In this document: in pieces, positions 23,776 through 35,488 of the stretch
Layout of the letters: each line of letters opens with the position of its first letter
Numbering within the stretch: the first letter of the stretch is position 1
From: Octopus bimaculoides
Lineage: Eukaryota
Assembly (NCBI RefSeq): GCF_001194135.2
Contig: NC_069002.1
Location: 30,541,920-30,590,914 of the forward strand
Reading direction: 5' to 3'
Length of the DNA stretch: 48,995 nucleotides
Position numbers and translations under genes: made by a program
The notes under the pieces: model-generated
Told to the model about the DNA's origin: nothing
Databases searched by the model: none
The model's input: only the letters and a program-made list of their open reading frames with translations

Positions 23776-24175
23776 ACTTGTTTCAGTCATTTGACTGCGG
23801 TCATGCTGGAGCACCGCCTTTATAGTTGAGCAAATCAACCTCAAAGCTTATTCTTTGTAAGCCTAATACTTATTCTATCGGTCTCTTTTGCCGAACCGCT
23901 AAGTTACGGGGACGTAAACATACCACCATCGGTTGTCAAGCGATGCTGGGGGTGGGGAACAAACAGACACACAAACATATACACACACATACATATATAT
24001 ATACATATATACGACGGGCTTCTTCCAGTTTCCATCTACCAAATCCACTCACAAGGCTTTGGTCAGCCCTAGGCTATAGTAGAAGACACTTGCCCAAGGT
24101 GCCACGCAGTGGGACTGAACCCGGGATCATGTGGTTGGTAAGCAAGCTACTTACCACACAGCCACTCCTGCGCCT
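23776..24175 (-). mobile_element. Full-length family B SINE, CpG-intact
   Basis: Complete head-to-tail match to the copy at 3163-3539. Confidence 0.92.
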
Positions 24176-24196
24176 GAATATTCCTGCTACAGACGT

Positions 24197-24409
24197 AATC
24201 CTTTCTACTATAGGCACAAGTCCTGAAATTTGGCGGAGGGGAATAGTCGATTACATCGACCAGTGCATAACTGGTACTTAAATTATCGACCCCGAAAGGA
24301 TGAAAGGCAAAGTCGACCTCGGCAGAATTTGAACTCAGAACGTAGCGACGGGTGAAATACCGCTAAGCATTTCGCCCAGCGTGCTAACGTTTCTGCCAAG
24401 CTCGCCGTT
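24197..24409 (-). mobile_element. Full-length family A SINE, CpG-intact
   Basis: aatcctttctactataggcacaag...gcatttcgcccagcgtgctaacgtttctgccaagctcgccg. Confidence 0.92.
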
Positions 24410-24448
24410 TTTCTGCTACAAACGTAATTTGTTTGTAGCATTTGTTTT

Positions 24449-25166
24449 GGATCTTTTTTAAAACGGGGGCCACATTTTTCATTAACGAAACACTTTGAAA
24501 CTTGGAACACTGGTAGAATGTNNNNNNNNNNNNNNNNNNNNNNNNNNNNNNNNNNNNNNNNNNNNNNNNNNNNNNNNNNNNNNNNNNNNNNNNNNNNNNN
24601 NNNNNNNNNNNNNNNNNNNNNNNNNNNNNNNNNNNNNNNNNNNNNNNNNNNNNNNNNNNNNNNNNNNNNNNNNNNNNNNNNNNNNNNNNNNNNNNNNNNN
24701 NNNNNNNNNNNNNNNNNNNNNNNNNNNNNNNNNNNNNNNNNNNNNNNNNNNNNNNNNNNNNNNNNNNNNNNNNNNNNNNNNNNNNNNNNNNNNNNNNNNN
24801 NNNNNNNNNNNNNNNNNNNNNNNNNNNNNNNNNNNNNNNNNNNNNNNNNNNNNNNNNNNNNNNNNNNNNNNNNNNNNNNNNNNNNNNNNNNNNNNNNNNN
24901 NNNNNNNNNNNNNNNNNNNNNNNNNNNNNNNNNNNNNNNNNNNNNNNNNNNNNNNNNNNNNNNNNNNNNNNNNNNNNNNNNNNNNNNNNNNNNNNNNNNN
25001 NNNNNNNNNNNNNNNNNNNNNNNNNNNNNNNNNNNNNNNNNACAAAAATATTTTTCTGTTCTATAACACAAAATAGATAAGTATACGAAGTTTGAAAGTC
25101 TTTCGGTACCAAAAACACTACGTAAAACATTAATGAAAAATGTGGCCCCCGTTTTAAAAAAGATCC
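24449..25166. mobile_element. Young MITE with perfect 37-bp TIRs and 8-bp TSD (Merlin-like)
   Basis: ggatcttttttaaaacgggggccacatttttcattaa (24449-24485) is the exact reverse complement of 25130-25166; flanked by tttgtttt at 24441-24448 and 25167-25174; interior mostly N. Confidence 0.8.
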
Positions 25167-26531
25167 TTTGTTTTTGCATCCCGCCGAAGTCAACTTTATC
25201 TTTCGGCATAAGAATCTATTCTGTTGCAAGCATTCGAACCAAGTCTCCGGTTTTGAGGAGATATTCTTCCCTCCATTCCTCCAGCCAGTTGCAGAGACTT
25301 TAAAAGAGCCATGGACAAAACCCTCCATCCTGGACTAATTGATAAAAAACAGAGTAGAGAGCGCGGATATATTGTGTTGGCGATGGTTGTAGTATTAGTA
25401 GATTAAACAGAGGGAGGAGGGTACAGCGTGTCGGTGTACAAGACCGCCATTACACCAATTTGTATTCCTTGTCTTCAAACTCAGCTGAAAATCACTATTC
25501 AAATTACATATTTGTTATTGAAGCGAAAGTCCTTATGAATACATTTTCTGTGTTTTTGAGATCGATTAAACAGAACGAAACGATGTAATATATATTATTT
25601 TCCTTGTGTAAGATCGATGAAAACAAGCCCGTTAAACACTGCACATACTATAATAATACATTTGTATTATTTTTTTAGTTTATTTACTATATCCTAACAG
25701 CTGAACTCTTGGAACTTTTCCATTTGTAAAATTGATTTGTTAAAAGACCGCTTGTCGTAACGCAATTAACGATGTCTTGTTAAGTTATTATTGTAGGCAA
25801 GTCGTCTTTGATCTCTTTGATCTGTTCTTAGCAGTTTTTATTAATTCAAGGTCAGTACAACATGGTACAATATAAATACAATAGTAAACTGTGTTTTGTA
25901 GTAAAAGTACAAGCTCGTGGAGCTAGGATGGGGACGAGCAAGGTTCTTAAAAGAGCGCGGATGGATTGTGTGAGCCGAAGGTTTGGCTGGTGGATATGGA
26001 GGTGGGGGAGACATACAAAATCTATAGTATCGTTTTGTATAAATACTATATGAAAATCTTATTTTATTTTTCCTTTTCTGTATTTTTTTTCTCGTTCCTG
26101 TTATTATCCATATGTTAAAATACAACATTGCTATTGTGACCTTTTGAAGTCATGCTGGCTCGTGATGATGGGTGGTGGTAGCGATGTAGATGATCATGAT
26201 GATGCTGACGACGACGATAGTGTAGCGAAAGGAGTATGGGAAATATGTTAGGCAATCCTTTGGGGTTTGAAATCATAAAAAAAAAATACAGTACCCTGTC
26301 CCCTATGAAAAACAAATTGTGTTAAACGCTCAATGGTGTCTTTATGGTGATCCTTCATTACATTGTAATGCATGGGTGGCATGGGCGAGGGCCCTAAAAG
26401 TGCCCAAGACACGAACATGTATCGTAACGACATCCCTAAGATTCCAAGATGATTTGAGGGCGTCTCATAGCATGGAGTCTTATCAGATTATCTGAGTAGA
26501 GTTACAGGTAAATAATGATATAATTTTAAAC

Positions 26532-26825
26532 CAGTGGTTCCCTAAACTTTTTTAGGTACCCGGGTCACATTTCCGAGTGACTCCCCCTCCCGACTCATCA
26601 CCACCACAAGCATAAACTACTTTCTGTATCAGATTCAAAACATCTCTATTTCACATATAAAACCGAATCTAATTAACCCATTATTTTTTCTTTGAGGAGG
26701 TTGGTGGGCGGGTGAAGGTGGGGGGGGGGTTACATAGATCGCGCCACTTTTCTTTACCGTCCCCCTGAATGCTTCCACCGCTCTCAGATGGGTGGGGGCA
26801 GTACCATCCACCTTGGGAAACACTG
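26532..26825. mobile_element. hAT-Charlie-type MITE
   Basis: Ends cagtggttccctaa...ttgggaaacactg; flanks ttttaaac / atttaaaa (6 of 8, Charlie-like TSD). Confidence 0.7.
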
Positions 26826-27661
26826 ATTTAAAAACAAAGTATTTCTGATTATAATTCGACAGATTTTATGTCTTGCAGTAACCAAAGTAGCTTATCGACA
26901 TTTGTTAGTTTTTGACAAACATTGTTGGCATTCCTTGTGTTAGAAACAAGATAATAGTCGCCAACGACACTTAGCCAACGAAGGAGCTTCTGCACGGTCG
27001 ATCGACTTGCTAGAAAGAACAGCCAAACTTTTCTCAAATTACACTTTTTCGCTCTTATATAATAGAAAACATTGAACAACATTGTCCTAGATATAGAAAA
27101 AAAGACACTAGAAGAATGTCTTTCATTATAGGTCTGCTGGATTTGGACTAATTGCGGACTAAAAAACAACACAGATTTATTTGAGAATAGNNNNNNNNNN
27201 NNNNNNNNNNNNNNNNNNNNNNNNNNNNNNNNNNNNNNNNNNNNNNNNNNNNNNNNNNNNNNNNNNNNNNNNNNNNNNNNNNNNNNNNNNNNNNNNNNNN
27301 NNNNNNNNNNNNNNNNNNNNNNNNNNNNNNNNNNNNNNNNNNNNNNNNNNNNNNNNNNNNNNNNNNNNNNNNNNNNNNNNNNNNNNNNNNNNNNNNNNNN
27401 NNNNNNNNNNNNNNNNNNNNNNNNNNNNNNNNNNNNNNNNNNNNNNNNNNNNNNNNNNNNNNNNNNNNNNNNNNNNNNNNNNNNNNNNNNNNNNNNNNNN
27501 NNNNNNNNNNNNNNNNNNNNNNNNNNNNNNNNNNNNNNNNNNNNNNNNNNNNNNNNNNNNNNNNNNNNNNNNNNNNNNNNNNNNNNNNNNNNNNNNNNNN
27601 NNNNNNNNNNNNNNNNNACAAAATAAATAATTAAAAGTCAGGTTTTTAAAGTTTTCCTTTC

Positions 27662-28200
27662 CTCTTACACAGTTGTTGACTTATAGAGATGCCTCGATGC
27701 AGACATGTCTCATTGTACACGTACTCTTATGCTCGCTTGTAGAGGTGTCGACTCGTAAAAATGGTTCTAATACAGATGTCTCTTTTTGTAAAATATATTC
27801 TCTTGTAAAAATGTTCACTTGCAGAAGGGTCCTCATGCAAAATTGTCCCCTTGTAGAGGTGTACATTTGTTGAAATGTCCTTATGTAGAAGTCCCCATTT
27901 GTAGAGATATTTTCTTATAGAAATGTCTTCTTATAGAGGCGGATACTCTATTCTCACATAGACACTATCTTGAAGAGGTGTACACTTATAGGACTGTCTT
28001 CATACACAAGTCTCCTTTGGAGAGTTATTCTCTTGCAGACATGTCCCCTTGCAAACGTGTCTTTGTGTAGAAGTCTCATTTAGCTTAAATTTCCTCATAC
28101 AGAAGTCTCCTTCTGTTGAGAGGTTCTCAAGTGGAAATGTCCACTTGTAGAGCTATCCTTGTTCACAAATGTCCTCTTGCTAAAGTGTCCTCTTATAAAA
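27662..28200 (+). repeat. Highly degenerate 16-bp minisatellite (about 33 units), consensus near CTTGTAGAAATGTCCT
   Basis: Anchor bases of successive units fall at 27853, 27869, 27885, 27901, 27917, 27933 (exact 16-bp period). Confidence 0.85.
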
Positions 28201-28340
28201 ACAACACTGTGTTAGTTCTCGATTCTAAACATAACTCTTTTTAATAATTTTACTTATTTCAGTTATTTTCTTCCTGATTTCCAGAATCTCACAGCAATTT
28301 CATCTTTCTTATTTCCTTTTCTCTTCTCTTGTAACTTCAG

Positions 28341-28469
28341 AAAAACATCGAAGATGTCACATTTTGTCACAACTATATTGGAACTCAGCAATCTTTAGGT
28401 CATCTTCGAGACATTGATGAACATATCAAAGAATTCAAAGAAAAACTAGATGAACTAAAAAAGGATAAG
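28341..28469 (+). CDS. Internal coding exon (129 bp, phase 0/0) of an unidentified coiled-coil protein: KNIEDVTFCHNYIGTQQSLGHLRDIDEHIKEFKEKLDELKKDK
   Basis: Strong acceptor ttccttttctcttctcttgtaacttcag|, donor AAG|gtaagg; only frame 0 is open; heptad-like hydrophobic spacing. Confidence 0.8.
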
Positions 28470-28603
28470 GTAAGGCATTATTCAATTACTAATTGCCATA
28501 TTCCAGCCTCTGGCCCATAGGTTGTACTGTTTCCTCTCTTTCATGCATCTTCCCTCTCAGCTCACACTAACTACTGTTCTCAATCCTCTCTCCCCAGTCA
28601 ACC

Positions 28604-29116
28604 CTTGTGCAGAAAGAGTACAAGCGCAGACACGACAAAGTAGCCCAAAACCTCCACTGCCTACTATGCTGTAAGTATGGATATGAGGTTACTGGTGCTT
28701 GGTACCAACATACACCGGAAAAGATAATGAATGAAAAGGGGAATGCAAAAATCCTCTGGGACTTTGATTTCTAGACAGACAAGGTGTTTGAGCATTGAAG
28801 CCAGATATAGTAACCTTTAGGAGGGACAGACAAGAGTGCCTGATAATCGACATGGCAGTGCCAAGAGATCAACACATCATCATGAAAGAAAAAAATTGAT
28901 AAATATGGAGACCTGAGAATTGTGATTGCTAAGATGTTGCAGCTATGAGAGTTGAACATAGAGGTTATCCCTATTGTCATTGGAGCATTGGGTTCAAAAC
29001 CACCCAACCTGAAGAAACATCTGAAAACATCTGAGATACCCTACAATCTAGATGTATTGCAAAAGTCAGCATTCCTTGGAACTGCATGCATATTGCATAA
29101 AATACTGTCTGTCTGA
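28604..29116 (+). mobile_element. R4/Dong-like non-LTR retrotransposon, C-terminal restriction-like endonuclease (RLE) relic
   Basis: LVQKEYKRRHDKVAQNLHCLLCCKYG...WYQHTPE...KILWDFDF*TDK../KPDIVTF...CLIIDMAVPRD..KEK/DKYGDL...VIPIVIGALG...LQKSAFLGTACILHKILSV*; contains the RHD, PD, D and K motifs, with stops and 2 frameshifts. Confidence 0.88.
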
Positions 29117-29999
29117 GGTCCTTGTTAGGATGCCACTCAGCACTATGATTCACGAGGTGCTGACACAGCACAGTAACGAGTCTACCAGCTCACCGCCTTA
29201 ATAATAATTATAACAATGATGGACTCTCTCATCAAAGATAATGTATGAGCATTCGGATTTTGCCGAATGGATGACAACAAATGATTTGTTTATAGTGATC
29301 AAATGTATTGGCTGAGTGGTGACTCATAGGTAAAATTAGTAGGGGTGCTGTTTCAGAAAATTTTTAGCCATTGTTTTAATATTGCATAAAAAGAAACAAA
29401 CATATAAAAAGAGAATTTATCCATAAACTTGATCGGGTCGCGTTTTAGCCACTGCCGGGTAGTGTGTTTAATTTATTCACTGAACATCGCCACGAATACC
29501 CTCTTGTTTTTCAAAAACACCCCCTAAATCACAATATGGGGACGGGAATCTGCCCTATTTTCCAAATCCTGGCAGCAACAATGTAGCTGGAAGCAGGATA
29601 ATAATCTAATTCTACACTTTATCGCATTCAAGAATATAAACACGTTTTTAAGCACAACACACGTGGAGTCAAAAAGAAACACCACCTTTCACCAGCACAC
29701 CAGGGTCGGCACTGCGTGAACCACAGTGCTCTCTCTGCCTAGCATGCAGCTTCCTATCTCGGACATGTGAGCATGCGCACAACATCCAAACACCGCATCG
29801 CTGGAACTGTGAAGCGCACAGTTCTATACAAGGATTTTTGTATTTTTTTCATAAACTAGGAGATGGCTACTGACATTAAGCTTAAGGATTATATAATGTA
29901 CAAGTATAAAGAAAGAATTAAAGAAAAAAAAGGATTCATTATATTGAATGTTATTGATGATATCGAGTGGAAATAGGGGCTTCTGCAGTTCTGCAGTGC

Positions 30000-30222
30000 C
30001 TATATATGAGCTGCCAGTGGCTGTACATTAACTCACTCCTTCCATCAAATTGGCATAGCTTGAACAGGTGCACTGTGTGCCATACATCAGGTGTTAAAGT
30101 GATCACAGAGCTATGTGGGTCAAAGTGATTTGCTCAAGAATATAACTCACCACCCGATCTAGGAATTGAAATCACAATTGCTAGATTGTGAGTGCAACAC
30201 CCTAACCACTAAGCCATGCACC
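30000..30222 (-). mobile_element. Family C2 SINE, CpG-eroded
   Basis: Reverse complement ggtgcatggcttagtggttagggtgttgcactcacaatctagcaattgtgatttcaattcctag...ttcttgagcaaatcac. Confidence 0.75.
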
Positions 30223-30229
30223 TAATAAT

Positions 30230-31015
30230 CCTTTCTACTTTTGGCACAAGGCCTGAAATTTCGGGAGAGGAGACCAGCCAATTATATCAACCCTAGTGGT
30301 TGACCGGAACTTATTTTATCAACCCCTAAAGGATGAAAGGCAAGTCAACCTTGACAGAATTTGAACTCGGATCATAAAGACAGACAAAATGCTGCTAAGC
30401 ATTTTGACCAGCTTGTAGTCTTCCATGCACCTAATAATTCTTTCTACTGAAGATACAAGGCCTGAAATTTATGGGGAGTGGGTAAATTGATTATTATTGA
30501 CCCCAGTGCGTAACTGGTACTTCTTTCATTGACCGTGAAAGGATGAAAGGTAAAGCCCCCTCTATGTTTAGCACCTTGTGGGCAATAAAGAAATAAGAAT
30601 CGTTAGCATGCCAGGCGAAATGCTTAGCAGTATTTCATCTGCCGCTATGTTCTGAGTTCAAATTCTGCCGAGGTCAACTTTGCTTTTCATCCTTTCGGAG
30701 TCGATAAATTAAGTACCAGTTACGCACTGGGATTGATGTGATCGACTGTCCCCCACCCAACAAAATCCAGGCCTTGTGCCTGTAGTAGAAAGGGTTAAGC
30801 ATTTGGCCTGGTATGCTAGCAGTTCAATTCTGCCGGCTTGCCACCTTCCATGCACCTAATAATAATAATTCTTTCTACTCTAGGCATAAAGCCTGAAATT
30901 TTGAAGGGGAGTGGGCGTGGCGGGGGAGCTACTTGATTACATTGAACGCCCCCCCCCTCCGAAAGGACGACAGGCAGAGTTGATCTTGGTATGATTTGAA
31001 TTCAGAACAAAATGA
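30230..31015. mobile_element. Cluster of four family A SINEs (three -, one nested +)
   Basis: Minus copies start after ccatgcacctaataat at 30214, 30423 and 30848; a + copy at about 30557-30795 interrupts the second. Confidence 0.85.
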
Positions 31016-31486
31016 TATAAACAAATGCTTTTTTTTTTTTTTGCCACCGAGTGTCGTCTTGGTATTTCTTCTCGCATGTTTCGCATTGTTTTCAAACAGT
31101 CCAACATATTTAATCGTTGACATTATCTAGAACAACAGTAGCCAAATAGCTATTGTGATATCAGCAGCTGTTGTAGAAGCTAGTTCTTAGTTCTTGGCAA
31201 GTTGACCCTGTGACTGATTGCCATCGCGGTAATTATAATAAAGCTAACGGATATTCATGTAAACATCATCTAGCATAAAATCAGACGTGCGTGTTGTGGA
31301 TTGGTGGATAGATGGTCAGATGTGCCTTTTTTGTATATTAGAGTGTTTGTGTGTATATTTTTTGAGCGATGTATTCGTGTACACATATTTGAGTGTACAT
31401 GTGTGTGTGTATGTTGTTGCATTTGTGTATTTGAGTGTTCAGGTGGTGTATATTTTGGTACAATTTTGGATGATGTATCATTGTCG

Positions 31487-31760
31487 TTTAATGTCTGCTC
31501 TCCATGCTGGAATGGGTTAGACGGTTTGACTGAGGACTGGCGGACCAGATGGCTACACTAGGCTCCAATCTGATCTGGCAAAGTTTCTACAGCTGGATGC
31601 CCTTCCTAACACCAACCACTCTAAGAGTGTAGTGGATGCTTTTACGTGCCACTGGCACGAGGGCCAGTCAGGCGGTTCTGGCAACGATCACGCTCAAAAG
31701 GTGTTTTTTACATGCTACCTGCAGGGGAACCAGTCTGGCGGCACTGGCAACCTTTGCTCT
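31487..31760 (+). mobile_element. Interspersed repeat family D (SINE-like)
   Basis: tttaatgtctgctctccatgctggaatgggttagacgg...tttctacagctggatgcccttcctaacaccaaccactc...; other copies at 33481, 38420, 40945, 41598, 42146, 45925. Confidence 0.85.
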
Positions 31761-32879
31761 CTCAGTCCTTCTCAAAATTGCCATCTCTCTCTCTCTCCCT
31801 CAAACACCATGTCTCACTCCCATATACAGCATTGAAGCTCTCACACAACTCCTATAAACCTTTCCTAAATATGGATGGTAAATCAGAATAATACACTTGT
31901 CAAAGAAAGCCGGTTCACACTACAAACACTCACATACTTCCCTTGTACACGCACACACACACATACACGCACACATACATACATACATACATATACTCAT
32001 AGAGTTGAAACGCTGCTTGATTTTTCTTTCCGGCGTTGAATGTTCCATCCCACTTCCATTGTGTGCACACACACATACACACACATATACAAGCCTCCCT
32101 TTTACATACACACATATACTCACACAGAGTTGAAACGCTCCCACTACCAGTTTGCCATCATCCCTTCCTTCCTTATTCATATGTTGTGACAGAGAAAAAC
32201 ACAAGTGTATTATTATAGTATGATCTAAAAAGAACAAAAACAAAAACAAATAAAGCAAAATACAAAAGATAAAATGGAGAACAAAGCAAAAACAACCTTT
32301 GACTGTGATATTGTTTTGGGCATTTTTTTTTCCCTTCAGCTAAAAAACAAAAAAAATGACCGAGTTGTTGATTAAAATGTCTCATCATGCTTGAGACAGT
32401 TTTGACAATCAATTGAGAAGATAAACAATTAGTATTGCTTTGTTTGATGACTTGTTTCCATAGATAATGAATGTTGGGTGTATATGTATTTAGTGTGGAG
32501 AAACCAGTTTTTATCATGGCTACTGATTGCTTTTAATCAGTTATGTACGACCCATGGCAGATGGCAGCTATGTGTCGGAATGTTTCAACCTGGGAGTGGT
32601 TGTCCATGAGCTTTATACCATTACACACCAACCACTGTGGTGGAATTTGGTCTCTCTGAGATTTGCAGTTATTGCTTCCACCCNNNNNNNNNNNNNNNNN
32701 NNNNNNNNNNNNNNNNNNNNNNNNNNNNNNNNNNNNNNNNNNNNNNNNNNNNNNNNNNNNNNNNNNNNNNNNNNNNNNNNNNNNNNNNNNNNNNNNNNNN
32801 NNNNNNNNNNNNNACCACTGTGGTGGAATTTGGTCTCTCTGAGATTTGCAGTTATTGCTTCCACCCGCTTTTACTGACT

Positions 32880-33480
32880 CTGTCATCATCATCATCGTCA
32901 TCGTCATCATTATGATCGTTATCATCTTCATCATTGCTGCTATTGTCCTCCTCCTCCTCATAGTCATCATCATCAAGATTATCATCACCATCATTGTCAT
33001 CGTCATCATCGTCATCGTCATCATTATGATCGTTATCATCTTCATCATTGCTGCTATTGTCCTCCTCCTCCTCATAGTCATCATCATCATCATCGTCATT
33101 GTCATCATTATGATCGTTATCATCTTCATCATTGATGCTATTGTCCTCCTCCTCCTCATTGTCATCATCATCAAGATTATCATCACCATCGGTGTCATCG
33201 TCATCATCATCATCATCGTCATCGTCATCATTATGATCGTTATCATCTTCATCATTGATGCTATTGTCCTCCTCCTCTTCATTGTCATCATCATCGGGAT
33301 TACCATCATCATCATCATTGTCATCATTATCATCATTTTCATCATTATCAGTCGTTGTCATTGTTGCCATCATCACCATTGTTGTCATTATCGTTGTCAT
33401 CATTATCATTATCGTCATCATTGTCATTATCATGATGATGATGATCATCATCATCATCATCAATGTCATTGTCATCATTG
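32880..33480. repeat. (ATC)-based trinucleotide array with higher-order repeats
   Basis: Core tatgatcgttatcatcttcatcattg(c/a)tgctattgtcctcctcctc at 32911, 33025, 33109, 33232 (spacings 114, 84, 123). Confidence 0.92.
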
Positions 33481-34100
33481 TTTTAACGTTCACTTTCCTC
33501 ATGTTAGCATGGGTCAAACGGAATTTGTTAAAGATATTTTTTTACGACTGGATGCTCATCCTGTCACCCAACCCTCACCTGTTTCCAAGCACACATATTT
33601 CCCCCCATGGTCAAACATTCATGCTGGCATGGGTTGGACGGTTCCACTGGGATCTGGGAAGCCAGGAGGCCGCACCAGGGCTCCAGTCTGATCTGGCAAT
33701 GTTTCTACAGCTGGATGCCCTCCCTAAATCCAACCACTCTGAGAGTGTAGTGGATGCTTTTTTTACGGGTCAGGGGTGCTGGCATCAACCACGATCGGAT
33801 GGTGCTTTTTACATGCCACTGGCACGGAAGCCAGTCAAGGCGGTGCTGGCATCGGCCACGTTTGGATGATGCTTTTTACGTGCCACCAGCACAGGGATCA
33901 CATCTACAATTTCCATTTGATTGTGATTTGATTTGATTTTGATTTCAATGTACTTGACTCAACAGGTCTCCTCAAGCACAGCATGTCGCCCTCCAATCCA
34001 TGGTACTTTTTGAGTGGACTGGTTATGCAACACTGGTGTTGGTTACAGCTGTGAACTCACTTTATTTGCCCGGTCTTCTCAGTCACAGCATATCTCCAGG
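33481..34100 (+). mobile_element. Family D repeat(s), two heads plus long tail
   Basis: ttttaacgttcactttcctcatgttagcatggg... then catgctggcatgggttggacgg...cagctggatgccctccc. Confidence 0.75.
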
Positions 34101-34620
34101 TTTTGCTCATCCCAACGGATATAACAGAAGACACTTGGCCCAATATGCTGCCCTGTGGCACTGAACCCAAGACCACTTGCAACCTGAAATAGATTAAAGA
34201 AATAACTTTATGCTGATGGTCCACCCAAATATTTAAATGACTAATGAATTCTGACCTTGAAGATGGTAATCTTTACTCAACATTCATTAATAATTCATCA
34301 CTCAAAAATGTCCTTTTATTTGGAATGTGACATATTTCAAGAATTTTTGGTCAACTGTTATCTTTGCAATTTTTTTATTTATTTCAGTCATTTTATGGTG
34401 GTCATACTGGAGCCCCACCTTTAAGTGTTTCAGTTGATTGTATCAAATAGGTGTGGGTACAGCTGTATGGTTAACAAGCTTACTTCTTAACTAAGCGGTT
34501 TTGGGTTCAGTCCCATTGCATGGCACCTTGGGCAAATACCTTCTATTATGATCTCAAGCTGATATAGGCCTCCCCTTGTGAGTGGATTTAGTTGATTAAA
34601 AACTGAAAAAAGGTGTCATT

Positions 34621-34678
<58 letters not shown>

Positions 34679-35440
34679 AATAGTTGAAAAAATTGGTATC
34701 AACAAGAAGGTGTATAGTTGGAAATTTACATATCGCTTGAGGAAACACAAATAGATCTCATAATGCAGGGAAACAGTTGCATAATCAAGTACCTGCATGC
34801 CGAGAGAACTACGTTGCGTCGAAACAATTGTAGTGACCAAAAATAAATACCCTTTCTTTTTGACTGCAATTTTTTCAATTATCTATCCACACATGATAGC
34901 TGCCCAAATGCAAACCTGGAAGTACATATAATACTACTACTGGATAGCAGAGGGTAAATGTGAAGGTGGATAAGCTTTATACTGTACTCTACTGTGTGAA
35001 GGGAGGGAAGGAAGAAGAGGGAGAATGTTAATTGTTATTATAGAAAGGGTGATTGTGGTAGGAGGGCTTCAGTACAGGTAGGGCCAGTGCTGTCTGTCTT
35101 TACATGGGCAGCGTGACTCAGTGAGGGAAGAGTGGCATTGTACAGTGGCTTGGAGGGATCCAGTCATCCAATGCAGGAATGGCAGTGAATGAGTGGGGGG
35201 GAGAGAATGAGTGAAAGAAAGAGAGGGAAGAGTAGAAATGAAAGTAGGTGAGGGGGACAGAGAAAGAGAAAAAGATAGAGCAAAAGAAAGAGGGAAAGTG
35301 AACAGGTGAGAGAGAGAGAGAGAGATGGGTGGATGGATGACTGAACAGACAGATGGACGGAGGTTATAAATGATTTCTGAAATAATGAATATTGTTTTTG
35401 AAATAATTCCATACTTAAGATTTATATATTTTAATTTCAG

Positions 35441-35488
35441 AATGAAGATGTCAAAGAATCACTATCTTTCGAACATTTGGTACTTGAA
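35441..35488 (+). CDS. 48-bp coding exon (phase 0/0): NEDVKESLSFEHLVLE
   Basis: Acceptor tttatatattttaatttcag|, consensus donor GAA|gtaagt; continues the frame of exon 28341-28469. Confidence 0.75.

Noticed and set aside
23826-24281. 151-aa ORF with similar peptides at 3235, 3321, 8396, 38733, 47692
   Set aside because: Antisense or sense readings of SINE families B and E; recurrence reflects repeat copies.
25200-25335. Short open frames right of the Merlin-like MITE
   Set aside because: No consistent splice sites or recognisable protein.
26471-26507. Candidate upstream exon (ctcatag|...acag|gtaaat)
   Set aside because: The ATG frame stops after 7 codons, and the only open frame ends in phase 1, incompatible with the phase-0 exon at 28341.
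32631-32866. Exact 53-bp direct repeat (32631-32683 and 32814-32866)
   Set aside because: Sits on both sides of a gap; typical unmerged contig-end overlap.
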